A program made the translations under genes and the position numbers. Below are positions 12,844-26,090 of a stretch of 64,000 nucleotides of DNA, piece by piece. The notes below the pieces were generated by a model that saw only the letters and a program-made list of their open reading frames with translations, was not told the DNA's origin and did no database searches. Location of the stretch: contig CDPCPM010000391.1 of assembly GCA_976551045.1 (NCBI GenBank), forward strand, positions 930,001 to 994,000, given 5' to 3'. Every line of letters starts with the position of its first letter. The first letter of the stretch is position 1. This stretch comes from Glaucostegus cemiculus. Its lineage: Eukaryota.

Positions 12844-15800
12844 TTGAAAAACACAAGCAAAGCTGTCACAATGTTGATTGAAGAGCAAGCTCACAGAGAA
12901 CCCAAATGCAGCACACTGGTACAAGACTGGAGTCAGGATACTTCCTCAGGACCAAACACAGGCAACAACTGGAAGGAAATCTTGCCTCAGAGATCTGAGT
13001 AGTAATCCCAACACAAATTGAATCTTCAAGCAGGAATAGAGAACACAGGACTGCTCTGGAGTAGACCACACTAAGCAGTTAGGAGCCAAATATACCCAAA
13101 TGTTGACCAATCCTCTGACAACTAGTGCTAGAGAAACCCAGGTACTTATGCTAGGCCCCTGATGGGGCTCAGGTGTGTGTCATTGTGCAATCAGTCCAGC
13201 ATGGAATCCATGTGCTGTACAACGAGGCATCTAAGGAACCAAATCAAGGGCCAGTACTCAGAATCATGACAGAGCTTCCTGAGAAGGTGAATCTTGGAAT
13301 GACAATGAACTCCCAACCCTGCTCCTTCCCCAACAGCAATGAATGAAACCATAGCAGGCGAACCAGATGCTGATGAACCATAGCTGCTTCCTTGCTGGTC
13401 AACAGATTGAGTGTGGTTATTTTTATTATCTGCATTACTGTCATGTATATAACCGTTCCATTATATGCATCTAGCTTTTGCTGAACTAAGCCACTTAAAT
13501 TAAGATTTATGCGTGTGGAGAAATCTTGATTAAAAAAAAATCACAATTCAAGTTGTCCAAAAGCAAAATTCTCCAGGTGCTGGAAATGTGAAATAAAAAC
13601 CGAAAATGCTGAAACTACTCAGCAGGTCAGGTAGTGTCTGTGGAGGGAGAAACAGTTAACATCTCGGGAACTGTTGTCAGAACTCGTTCATTGCTGTGGA
13701 TAACTATACTTGCATCTGTGTCTGAATGCCTTCTGCCAGGGTATTGAGCTGCAGTCTGCTTCACCAAAGGGCTGTAGTTGGAAAGAAATTACTTGAAAGA
13801 CAAGCTACAAAATGAAGATTAACAATATAGCTACTCACAGTCCAGATTTCTAACAGCATTTAGTGGCATTTCCACAGATAGATGTAACATTTCTGTTGGA
13901 ATAAATATGGATTTGCTCTCTCACTCACAGTTGGAGGCAACCTGTGTTCAGCTTCACTAATCAATGCTGCAAGCACTACCACAAATGGTAATAAGCAGAA
14001 ATCAATACTTTAACCCATCAACAACTACAGCTCTTCCACATTTCTGCACATAAATACAGTGTCTGTTATCAGAGACTACTGATATGTAGAAAGAAAATAT
14101 AAATTTTATACTAAGCATGCACAAGACTAACAGGCTGCCTTTACTGTAAAGAAAACCAGTTAGAGGCAAGTTACACCGTGAAATCATACTGGAGGACAGA
14201 TTTAATTTGAAGCCAGCCTGCCCTGTGCATAACTTCCATGAGCTAGAAATTTGTTCACACAACTTAAAAGGAAAAGGTATTGTGCTGTTGAAGATTGACT
14301 TAAACCAGAATAGAATAATTGTCTACACATTTCTAGGTGTCTTAGCAACTGTGAGAAATTTGTCTTCTCAGTTTTGGTGGGATTTTCACTGTCTCAAGCA
14401 TTTTGATTGTAAAATCTGACTAAATGGAAGTCAACAGCAGGGCCATGCTGTTGAGAGTGAGATTTTCATCTCATTGGTCTGAAAAATAGTTCCTATTTAT
14501 TCACAGAACTGGCTCACTGTTTATATGTCCCTTCAGCTCTGTGGGATGCAGGGTTGATTTTACCCAGAGTGAATGGTATTGGTGATCACCTTTGGGTGAC
14601 ATTGTGACCTTCTGGGCAGGATCCACACTGAGGTGTCTGACCTTTACACAGCATCAGACATACATGTGATTGCATATTGATTTCACCTTCATCCTCTAGA
14701 TGGACGTCCCCTGTCAAGAGAACAGCAATTGCAAAGATCAAGGTGCACGGTCTGCTGGGATTGCCAATGAGATGAGAATTAAAGGGTCTCCACGCTGACA
14801 TTGATATATTGCACATAGCATCTGCCAGCCTCATCTTTCAACGCACAAGATATTTACAAACTCATTACTATTTGGACAACCAAGAATTTTATTTTATGAG
14901 CCCCGGTGCAATGTGCTGCACTGTCTACTTCACTAGTCATCCCGTATCTCACAGTGATGTGGAGCCACTGAAGGCAACAGAGTCTACCTGGGCTGATGAT
15001 CACAGGGGCGTTGGCAACACACAAAGTTCATAGTGATCATTTACATTTCCTTTGGCCCATGGGAGCAGGTGTAGCCATCTGTCTGCATTGCAGAGCTGCC
15101 CGCTGGCATGCCCTGACAACCTGCCTGAGCCTTTTGCAGGGTCTTCATGAGTCCCTTATACAAAGAACATGCCTCCTGCAGGCACTGTTCTTCACTAGTC
15201 TATCCTTGTCCCTCTGACCCCTTAGAAATACTCTCCCACCATCCCCCTCTCCCATCACAGCAGCATGGGTCCATTCAGTGCCAACAGCCCCCTGCATCCA
15301 GAAGAGTGTCGCTGGATTGTGATGTCCCTTTAGGAAGTGGCTACAAGGCTTGGACCCCCTGGGCTAGATGTCGACAAATGTGAGAACTTACAACACATCA
15401 GTGAGCAATGCGGCAGCCAGTTTCAGCACAGTGTTACACTGAAGACCAGACAGCATTGTTCTGTGAAACTTGTGATTTAAGTTCTGACACATTATGCAAC
15501 ATGCACAAGCGGTGACCCACAGGAACCTTTTTAATGCCAAAAATGCAGAGTGGAGCAATTTCTCAGCCATGATCGGTCAGCTAGCTCCCTTCCACCTGGT
15601 GTACTTTTACACCTTCAGATAAAGAGTACCGTTGGACAGTGTGTAAAATGGGGGACCACCCCAATCCCCTCAGTTTACTGCCCATCCAGGTCAGTTGAAG
15701 TTACCTACCAACGTCTCTGACCCTGGAAATGGGCCTCTGTAAAATGGTGCCACTGAGATCAGAAGACAGAAGAGTTGGTTCTACTTTTCTTTAGAGGTGG

Positions 15801-15929
15801 TAATTTAATCCTGCATGTGGCGCAGTTGGTATTTTGTGTTAATTTAATTTAATCCTGCATGTGGCGCAGTTGGTATTTTGTGTTAATTTAATTTAATCCT
15901 GCATGTGGCGCAGTTGGTATTTTGTGTTA
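15801..15929. repeat. 44-bp tandem repeat, ~3 identical copies
   Basis: AATCCTGCATGTGGCGCAGTTGGTATTTTGTGTTA begins at 15807, 15851 and 15895. Confidence 0.95.
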
Positions 15930-16645
15930 CTCTTGGGGAGAAGATTCACTGCTTGGTGCTGTGGTTGATCCTATGGGCAAGAGATGAACCCATTGACGTA
16001 CGTGAAATGTGGCAACAAATTGTAACATGAAGTTTGTGTTTCCCCAAACAAATTGTTTGTGTCACATTCTCCCAGATATTTGATTTTGAAAATACGATGC
16101 TGATTTTGAATGCCAAAAGCAGATAACCCATTGACACATCACACATCGGTTACCAACAAGTACAGAAACAGGGTGAAGATTCTATCTTGTATATTCCTAG
16201 TGGAATCCTGCAAAGAGAATAAGTGTTTTCATACGTGAGGGGCATTAACAGGGATAGTGATAGAAGTCATTGGAGTCACACCAACATGGATGTGAATATT
16301 AATTCTCAAAATCTCTGCTCAACAACTGAACCCACCTCAGTCTTGTGCAGTTCCAGTTTTAATGGAGGCTAGCAGGAACTGTTTGGTCATTTAAATATTA
16401 TAATGAAGCTACCAATCTCCATTTTAACAGCTAGTTAATTTTTAACCACAGCAGTCTGGCTTTCCCAGAGCTCTGGAAACAGCGGTTGCAAGATGAAGAC
16501 AGCAGTTGATTATGTGAACTAAGTCCCTTTACTACACCACTTGTAAAAATACTTCCTCTGACCCAACAGTGTACTCTGTAAATGCACTGCCCCAATCCTG
16601 CGGTCTGTCTACTCCCCTATTAACTCCCAATCAGCATTTCAATTC

Positions 16646-16890
16646 GTCTAGGGTTCTTCTGCCACAGGAGAGGGAGGGGTGGGTCAGGCGAGGAAGCCCC
16701 TCAAATGTGGTAAATATGTGATTGGGGATCAGCCCAGGGGGCCGCACGGGTGGCATCGGTACTGTGTTCTGTACCTATGAAAAGGTAACACTAAGAATGG
16801 ATCTGTAGACGAATGTAATGGCTTGAACTGTTTTTTATTACTGTATATAGTTTTTTTTATCATGAATAAAGTTTATTTTGTTAAAAAAAA
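16646..16890 (+). mobile_element. 5'-truncated Tx1/L1-clade LINE 3' UTR with poly(A)
   Basis: Closely similar to 61869-62113; ends AATAAA then A8; candidate TSD AATCAGCA at 16629 and 16889. Confidence 0.8.
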
Positions 16891-18667
16891 TCAGCAGAAA
16901 GAATTTCTTCATGTCTAGGTTGTGGATTTTAAAACGTTTTGTTTTAATCCATTGATCATCAACGCCATGAGCAAAGCCAATATTTATTGTCCATCAATAG
17001 GGAATAAAAAACTGCAGTTGCTGGAAATCTGAAACAAAACCAGAAAATGCTGGAAATACTCAGCAGAGAAACAGTTAACCTTTCAGGTCAAAGACCCTTC
17101 TTGCTAAGGGTCCTTGACTTAAAATTTCATCTCTCTCAATCTTACCACTTTTACTGTCCGTCTCTGAACTGAGTGGCTTGCTTGGTTATTCCACAGGGCA
17201 GTTCCTAACCAACCACACTGCTGTGGCTGGAGCCTCATGTGAGCCAAGCCAGGTAGAGATAGCAGATTAGCTTCCCTTAACGACAGTAGTGAATCCAGTG
17301 GGTGTTTCCTAACACGTGAGTAGTTTCCTGGTCACTGTTACTGATACCAGATCAATGGAATTACTGGAATGTAAATTCTCCATGTGGCATTTGAACTATC
17401 AATAGTTCAATCCAGTAACTCAGCCACTACCTGGGATTAATCTCAAAATGTTCTCCACTCCATCCAGAATTACACAGGAAGATCACGTTGATTTTGCAAC
17501 CTTAGCTGCTCACATGTGGAATACTCCATATGAAAGAGCCTGTATGACATAAACAATACTAGGATCAGCCATGTACCCGAGAAAAATATTTCATTAGATT
17601 GGAATCCACCAACAACCATGATCAGATCCATCCGTCACCGTTAACGATGCCTCCCCAAGCACCAACTGCTCCCCCACCCCAACCACCATATGTTTCTCCC
17701 GACCACCATCAGGGAGTCCCACAGCACCATCAGACCCCTACCATAACCGGCGCCTCATCTCCCCACTCCCAAGCAGCTTGCCCCGGGGGATGAATCCTTC
17801 TTAAAGAAAAGCCCAGTTAATTCTGCCTGGCATTCGGCAAACCCATCTCTCTGGCTTTCCTCAATTTTTTTGGCACACAAGACCCTGGCCTGGCGTGGAA
17901 TTCTCCTCCAGACCAATAGCTGGGCATGGCCTCCTTCATGTCCTCATTAAGGTTACACAAATATAGTTTCAGTTCCTGTGTCCGCTGCCTCCCACAAGTT
18001 GATTGGTGTGGCAGCGAGGTTGCCAAGGGAACGCTTATTAGTACTGATTTTCCAAGCTCGGAGTGAAGGGAAACAGCTGCTTCCAGTTGAAATATATCAG
18101 CACCTTTGATGATGCCACTTCGGGAAGAAAAGTGCTTCTGCAAATATTGATTGTGATGGGTGTTACCTTCTGAGCTGACTGAAGCTGCCATTGCACAGGA
18201 ACCACTTATCCACCCATCACTCAGAAACATTCAGTGTCTCTCACACTAATTGTAAGTGCTTCATCCTGCTGTTAAGAGGTCCCTCTTTGACTAATGTATA
18301 CAGACTGAGTACAGTCTGACTGGCAGCAAGACAGATGGGTTCTAATATACTCTCACTGTGCATCAGTATCATTGGCGATAACAGTTTTCAATTTTTTCCT
18401 CCCTTTAACTCTTCTGCAAATATCAATGAAAGTTTATTCAGTCGGAAGATACAAAATCTAAAGGCAGAATTTTAAGAACGATGGGTGAATTGGGCTAGTA
18501 GATGTTACTCTAATGGGCCGAGTGGACACTTCTTGATGCCAGCATTAAGTGATATTTATTTATAGCCAATCTAGCAGCACTTAATACTGCAGCCTCTCTG
18601 TGGGGCTTGAAAATCAACATTTCTTAATTTGAGTAATAAAGTTACTACTTTATTACTTGAAGACATG

Positions 18668-19047
18668 CAGAATCAGAATCAGTTTTATTGTCACAACCAT
18701 ATACATACATAGTATGCATAGGAGCGAGATACCGTCCTCCTCAGGTGCTCGTCCCATAAAATAACAACCAACAGAGACACACAGACACACTTGACAGAAT
18801 AAACATTAAAAAACATTAAACATTAAAAACTACAGAAGTTAAAATTAAATTAATACACAGATTAACTTAAAAATGGCCGGTAAATAAATAAATAGTTATT
18901 AAAGTGAACGGGCTGGTGTCGGGCATTTAAAGTGCTGGTGCATTTCTGTACATCTAGCATCTCTTAGTGTTAACAGAGGAAGATGGAGGGATGAGAGAGT
19001 TTGCAGTTCTGATGGCTTGCGGAAAGAAGCTATTGTTCAGCCTGGTC
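18668..19047 (-). mobile_element. 5'-truncated Rex1/Babar LINE with (TTCTGA)n tail
   Basis: Highly similar to 52374-52735. Confidence 0.85.
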
Positions 19048-21312
19048 AACAATATAACTTCATATGCATAATACACATCAGTATTCAACAGTCAGATCAT
19101 ATTGAAAGTGGATTTGTTGAAATTTCCTGATGCCCATCAGTTTATGTATCACAGCATTTACAACACAAAGGAGAACATTTGGGCGATATGGCAGTCAAGT
19201 TTAATCCCAATTTTCCATTTCTTCACACTCCTTCATAATTTTTTCCTGTTTTAGTGTTATCGAATTTCCTTCCAAGCAACGTTACAGCCTCTGCCTCAAT
19301 GCATTATTAATAAGAATGCTGCAGATACACTTGGGCTAGATGAAGCTATTGGCCGAGTCCGCACTGCACACTGTGCTCTGAATTACCATTCAAATGCTGC
19401 TTTGATTTTGACCCATTTACTACACTGAGATGACAGAGACTGGTGTGAAAGTAAGAACAGGTGGAGATTGTACATGTGCAACTATCACCAAACCTCGAGC
19501 TCAAACAGTTACATTTCTCACAGGGGTTCAGAGCCCAGTATAAAATCACAGTCAGAATAACCAGGTGGCAGAAACAGAGAGCATTGATCTTTATTATTTC
19601 CTGCACTTTGTAATCATACAAGGTGGTACCTCCTTCTTATGGAAGGAAATCACTGCCTCATTTACACTGGCTCCAAAGAGTGGGCTGTAATCCAGTTGTA
19701 AATTAAACATCTGTTAAAGATTTCAGTTCATTGCTTTGCAGATCTGCAGTTTGTAAAGTTTACAGGCTGCAGAAAAAATATTGGTGGAAATTTAGCCAGA
19801 CCATTAGCACAGGCTGCAAGAAGATGCAAAAAAAAGGGCAAATGGGTTAAAATAATGAGAAACAGGAATCATATAAATGGCAATCGGGCATAAGACAGTA
19901 GCAGCATCTGGAGGATCAGAAGAAATATTTGAGTTATACAAGAAAAAGATTTTTAACATGAGCTTGTGGATCATCCTCCATCTGTTGTGGTAATGTAGCA
20001 ACTGCAGGTTCCCAAATTCTTTGCTTGTTTGATAGAAGCAACTGAAGATAACTTTATATCCCCTCATTTCTCATCTATGTGCACTACAGCCCTCAGGACT
20101 TAAAACTGTTCAATGTCACACAATAATCCAGCTACTCCTACTTACACCTCTTCTAGATGCATCTTTTGTGTCTTTGCCTGTACCAATTCAGCTCCCTTCT
20201 GCCTTGCTTCACCATTCCTTCTGTCAGTTAATCTCTCCGGCCTCTGCCCTACCCCAGACCTTCCCTTGTGCTCTTTTCCCCCCTTCATCTCCTCTCTCCA
20301 TTCTAAAACTGGTTAAAATTTTTTTCCACTTCTGATTTAACACCCCTGACCCAAAATATTAATTGTTTCTCTCTCCATACAGATGTTCTCTGCCACGCTG
20401 CACATTTCCAGCATTTTCTGTTTGTAGTTCAGATTTCCAGCATCCACAGCATTTTGTTTTTGGAAGGTCAACCGAGGTCATATAAGTTTGTCATGGAGCA
20501 AGGCTGGAGTTATCATGAGGAAGGAGTGGATATGATCAATGAATTCATCATCTTACAGACTGGTAATTTCTGAATAGATGGAGCAGAATCGTGCAAAGGC
20601 TTTGAATACCCTTTCAAAATGGAACAATAAAAATGACAAATAATAAAGAAAACAACAATTAAACGCGCCATAGAACAGAATGTACTACTAGAATAAGTGT
20701 ACGCGATCTGGCAGTCTGCCAGGAACGAACAGTGAGGATTTGAGGACAGATGAGTACATTAGATCCTTGTTACCTTGGATGTACAGTGAGGATTCATACA
20801 AAAATTTAAAGCAATGGAATAGATAGCATAGTGCCATAGTATGGTTACAGTAAAGAGGAGGCCACTTGGCCCATCAGGTCTCTGTTGGCTGTTTGTACTG
20901 TAATCCATCCAGTCCCTCTCTAAGGCCCTGCAGGGTTTTTTAACCTCAGAATAATTTTCTCATTCCCTTGTGAAAGTCACAAGTAAATTTGCATCCAACA
21001 CACTCCCATTCAGTGGATTCTAAATTGTGACTACTTGCTGTATAAAAGTTTCCTTCACACCGTCCTGGATCTTTTGTCAGTCACGTTCGATCCTTCTGTT
21101 CTGATGAAGAGTCATGAACCTGAAACACTAACTCTTTCTCTTTTCACAAATGCTGCCTGACCTGCTGAGTGTTTCTGGTTTTCTTATGCTCCATCCTTGG
21201 CCTCCTTATCCCCATTGAAATCAAAGGGTTCCCAGTGCGGATGACTTGAGACAACACTGCGTTGTGCCACGTGGAGTCCAGCAGTGGAGTGAGGCCACAG
21301 CTTCAGCCTATC

Positions 21313-21547
21313 GCGGCACGATAGCGTAGCGGTTAGCACGACGCTGTTACAGCGCCAGCGATCGGGGTTCGATTCCCGTCGCTGACTGTAAGGAGTTTGT
21401 ACGTTCTCCCGTGTCTGCTTAGGTTTCCTCCGGGTGCTCCGGTTTCCTCCCATATTCTAAAGACGTACGGGTAGGTTAATTTGGGGATTTAGAATGGGCG
21501 GCACGGACTCATTGGGCCGAAAGGGCCTGTTACCACGCTGTAAATAA
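21313..21547 (+). mobile_element. Well-preserved tRNA-derived V-SINE
   Basis: Pol III A box TAGCGTAGCGG at 21322, B box GGTTCGATTCC at 21366, V-domain, and CR1-like tail TTGGGCCGAAAGGGCCTGTT. Confidence 0.85.
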
Positions 21548-22234
21548 TTTTTTTTTTTAAATATCAGATCGATCAGTAAGTCTGGCACTTCACCTTTGAT
21601 GGGCGTCCATGTAAATCCATAACTTACTGCTATTCATATGATTCAATTGAGGACTGCCAGCATTAGCTAGTGATATCTGGTACAAAGGCGGGTGTCAGAC
21701 TGGGAGCACAAAGTTGGAAAATGATCAGTGGCTAGTGATGCAACTGAAAGTTTAAGAAGTCCAGCTGCAGGACTTAACCCAGAGTGATCTCCATCTCCCA
21801 CCCACCTGCAATGAAAATAGCTCTGCCTCTGCCATATTCACAGCAGGACCAGGTCATCCATACAGATTTAGCCCACAGCTTCGGAGAAGGGATCCTCAGA
21901 AACGCTTGTTCTTTGCTGCAGTGAAAGCTCAGGCTAGCAGCATGTTCTGACTGCCCTCAGGACAGACGTGGTAGAGTTCACATTCTTCATTAAGCAAGAG
22001 GATTTTGCTGGAGACTGAGCAAAGAAAGACGTATCTGAGATTGGCTGCTCTAGGAAGATGAATGAGACGGAGAGATCGGTGGGTGTGTGTGCACGCTTCA
22101 TTGAGAGTGGCAAATGGTGAGAAAGTGGGAGTAGAGTAGAGGGCTGAGGACGCAGCCTTGTGGGGCCCCACTGTCGGGAATAATCGTGCAGGAGATGTTG
22201 CTGCCTATCCTCACTGATTGGGGTCTGCTGGGTC

Positions 22235-22605
22235 TATAGAAGTGTTTAAAATTATGAGAGGCATAGAAAAGTGGATGGTAACAGTCTTTGCCCCGAGGTG
22301 GGGGAATCCAAAACTAGGGGGCATTGGATTAGGGTGACAGGGGAAAGATTTAAAAGGGACCTTAGGGGCAACTTTTTCACCCAGAGGGTGGTGAGTGTGT
22401 GGAACGGGCTGCCAGAGGGAGTGGGTGAGGCAGGTACAACAGGATCATTTAAGAAGCACTTGGATAGGTACATGGAGGGGCGGGGCTTAGGGGGATATGG
22501 GCCGAATGCAGGAAATTGGGACTAGCTGGGTGAGCACCGTGGTCAGCATGGACTGGTTGGGCTGAAGGGCCTGTATCGTGCTGTGTTGCTCTGTGACTCT
22601 ATGAT
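22235..22605 (+). mobile_element. CR1 LINE 3' end
   Basis: ORF SKTRGH..RV.GERFKRDLRGNFFTQRVVSVWNGLP, then a CR1 3' UTR ending GACTCTATG. Confidence 0.9.
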
Positions 22606-22949
22606 TAAAACAAAAGCAAGTGGGATCCTGAACATTACAAGAAGAGCCTAGGAGTATGAGCATGGAAGTCAGGATAATGCTCTGTAAAACACTGCCTCAG
22701 CCACAACTGGAATACCGTGCTCAGTCTTGAACCCACTTGAGGAAAGACTTGAAATCCGTGGAGACGGTGCTGAAGAGATTCATGAGGATGATTCCAGGCA
22801 TGAGGGCCCTCAGTTATGTGCACGGACTGGAGCAGGCGGGGAACAAAGGAGGGTGCAGGCGAATCTGACAGAGGGATTCAAGATCTTCAAGGGAATGAAG
22901 CAGATGGAGATAAACTGTTCTCACTGGAGGGGGGATGACAATGAAGGTG

Positions 22950-23905
22950 TGTCTTCCCCTCTGCCTTTGTTGGTAGAGCCTCCACACATACTTCCTCCAC
23001 TTCCCACACGCTTGCTCTGAGCACCCTCCCTCTTCCCAGGCAGAAACACAGCAAAGTTTCCTTGATCCTCACCTTTCAGCTCAACTGCCTCTCATCCAAC
23101 ACGTTACCCTCCGCTATTTCCACCAGCTCCAACACCATCCCACCTCCCGTCACATCTTCCCCCTCCCTCTGCTCTCCGCAGGGACTGCCCTCTTCAGGAC
23201 TCCGTGTCCACCCATCGCTCCCCAGCCTCTGGCCCCCCGCCTCTGGCACGTTTGCCTGCAACAGTAGGAGGTGTAACACCTGTCCCTTCACCTCCCTCTC
23301 AACACCACCCAGGGACCTAACCAGCCCTTCCAGCTGAGACAGAAGTTCACCTCCACCTCTTCCAACTGGTCTATTGCATTTGGTGCTTGCAACGTGGCCT
23401 CCTTTACACGGTGAAAGCGAGCATAGGCTAAGTGACTGCTTCGTGAAGCCCTGCACTCAGATCACAGTGGCCACCTCCAGCATCCAGTTGTATGTCATTT
23501 TAACTCTCCTTCCCACTCCCACACCGGCCTGTCTGTCCTCGGCCTTCTCCGCTGCTACGGAGAGACTGAACACAAACTGGAAGAACAACATTAGTATTCT
23601 GCTTGAGTAACCTACAACCCATTGAATTTTCCAATTTCAGGTGACCCACACCCCTGGTGTCTTCCTCCCCTGTCCACCTAATTTTCTCCTCCCTTTGTTC
23701 ATCCCTCCCATCCTCTCCCCGTGGCTGGTTGCAACAGCCTAACATTTGGATCCACCTATCACCTCCCAGCCTGTGTCCCGCCCCCCTCTCCCCACCTGGT
23801 TCCACCTGCCCATCCTCCCACTCCCACCTGGTTCCATCTATCCCACTTACAGCTTTTGCCTCCGTGGATGCTGCTTGACCTGCTGAGTGTTTCCAGCCTT
23901 CTGTT
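22950..23905 (+). mobile_element. Penelope-like element fragment (GIY-YIG region plus terminal repeat)
   Basis: FACNSRRCNTCPF Cys motif, a degenerate endonuclease region, a pyrimidine-rich tract and the GATGCTGCTTGACCTGCTGAGT terminus. Confidence 0.7.
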
Positions 23906-25814
23906 CTTTCTTGTTGAAAGTGAAAGCACTTGGCAAAAGAATCAAAAGGGAGATTTTGTTTCGATGGCAGTTGGTTAGGTCTGGACTGCACTGCCCATAG
24001 AGGCAGATTCAGTTGTAACATTCAATAGGGAGAGGCAGAAGTATCTCAAGGGAAAGGATTTGCTGGGCTCTGGGAAGAGTGTGCGACCGTGGGACGAGCA
24101 GGATCGATCCTACCCGCAGCCAGTCCAGCCTTGGTGGACCAGATAGCCTCCTTTAACTCTGTCACTGTTCTCTGGTTCGGTGACTTTGGGCCAACATTAG
24201 CCTAGGTTTGAAAGTCATAAAAGTGTAAGACTCTTTAAATTTTCATTTGTGGTTCATTTTCCAGTTACTTTTGCATCTAATCTTCAATCAAATCACAAAA
24301 ATGTGGCTTTTTTTTTGAAACCTTGCACATTGATCTTGCAAAAGTGGATGTGAACATTAAAAAATAGGCAATGTTCCAATGACTATAATTACTGTACATA
24401 ATGAGACACTTGTTAGACTTTTAAAGCCTTCAACATGGACCTGTTTAAAAGTTGTTAAAATGTCTCTTTCTTCTCTGAAGTTCTCAGGCATTATTATCTG
24501 GGAATGCTGATAAGGAGGCAACAGCTCAGATCTCTGCATGCACCAATTCTAGGGATAAACAGAAAAGCAAACCTGTGTGGGTGAGCTGGCTGCCCATCTC
24601 GCCTGCATTCTGTTTACGAATCAGACAAGCTACCCAGTGGACACCAGCTGCCCCTGTGTGGAGTCACAGTGATGCATTCTATCAAACACATGCCCCACTT
24701 TCCCTCAGACATACTTTTAAATATCATGACATCCTGAAAATCATTTTTCACTAAGGACCTTGAAAATTGAAACACTGCAGATGCTGGAAATCTGAAATCT
24801 GAACAGAAGGTACTGGAAACACTCAGCAGATCAGGCAGGTTCTGTAGAAAGAGAAACGGTTAAATGTTTCAGCTCAATCCAGCTTCTTAGAACCGGGAAA
24901 CAGAGAAAATAAGTTGCAGGGAAGGGGGGCGCATGGGGGGGGGGGGCAGATTGAGGGATGGATGGGACAGAGGGAATATAGGGAACATTTTTCTGTTCTC
25001 CTGTCTGGTCTGCTCCCGTCAACCTGAGTTGTTTTCTGCCTTTCCCAGCCCGATGAAGGACTGTTGACCTGGAATGTTTTTCTCTCCAGGGATGCGGCCT
25101 GAGCTGGGTATACTCACCATATTCCTGATTTCACTTGCGGACGTATTTTTCAAAACTATACTTCAAAAGAGGTGTGGTTGGAAAAACTCACAGTGACTCT
25201 CAGATAGTTCTTAAGAAATGAACATAATGAATGTCCTACGAGCGTGGAGGATTCCGTTTCTTGCCAAGGGGAATGCACATGATTTACTTTCAGTGGAAGT
25301 TAATTTTAAAATATAAAAGGTCTAGAAAGCAGCCCTAGAAAATCCATCGACTCAAGTTTGTAACAATATTTTTACGGTGTGATTCACAAGCTGGGCATTA
25401 GGTGCAGTTGACCATGCCTGAAGTTCACTCACTGGCACAGCTGTCAGAACTGGACTACCTTAATACTTATTGTAGCATTCCTTGTTTTCACTATTATGCT
25501 TCACTATTATAACAAGCATTAAAACTGCAGCCCCTTCACCAGGCAGGTTACCGTTCGCTGGAATCCACTGTAACCTTTTTTTCTAATTTAAGATTGCTCC
25601 ATTTCTTTCACTTAGCGTTTATCAGTCAAACACAGCACCTAAGCTGTACTTAGTGGAAAAGACTAACAACTACAGAAAGACTTGCACAATCTTTGCTACC
25701 TTCTAGTCAGGTGTATGTGTGGTCCAGTCAGGTCCGGTGCACTGTCATCATTTCATAGCAACTCTCAGCACCAAACAAGCAGAGATTTAACATTCCGAGC
25801 TGAAGGCTACTTAC

Positions 25815-26090
25815 CCTGGAGTGGCACTGAAACCCAAAGTACACCACTACAATAGTGGGCAGCAGCACAATGCAAAATACAGTGCCCATGAGGGCAAGGT
25901 TCAGGAGGAACAGTGCAAAGTTAAAGGCAGTGACCAGTAATGCCCATCCCCAGCACTCACACATACTGCGTGTTTCCAGTGGCCACAGTTGGTCATCAAT
26001 GCTGTACGGTGGAGGGTGGACATGATTAAGCATGTAGGCAGTGTCCGACACACTATCCACATCAAAGTCCTCAATTTCTTGCCCTGCCAT
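25815..26090 (-). CDS. TMEM88B: Transmembrane protein 88B-like, first coding exon (92 codons)
   Basis: ATG at 26090; SDTAYML and VLLPTIVVVYFGFQCHSR match the TMEM88 family (human 88B recalled as SDTAPML...VLLPAAAVVYLGFLCHSR); phase-0 donor AGG|GTAAGT after 25815; paralog assigned by adjacency to ANKRD65/MRPL20. Confidence 0.85.

Noticed and set aside
14550-15710. Possible decayed Harbinger-type DNA transposon
   Set aside because: Only a vague resemblance; I could not define terminal inverted repeats or catalytic motifs
15946-16215. Minus-strand acceptor (TTCTCTTTGCAG) as TMEM88B exon 2
   Set aside because: All three frames stop within about 25 codons and none resembles TMEM88
17817-18230. 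137-aa ORF as a gene or TMEM88B exon 2
   Set aside because: No recognisable motif, no hydrophobic helix, no WV C-terminus
21313-21385. tRNA gene
   Set aside because: A and B boxes continue into a V-domain and LINE tail, so this is a SINE head
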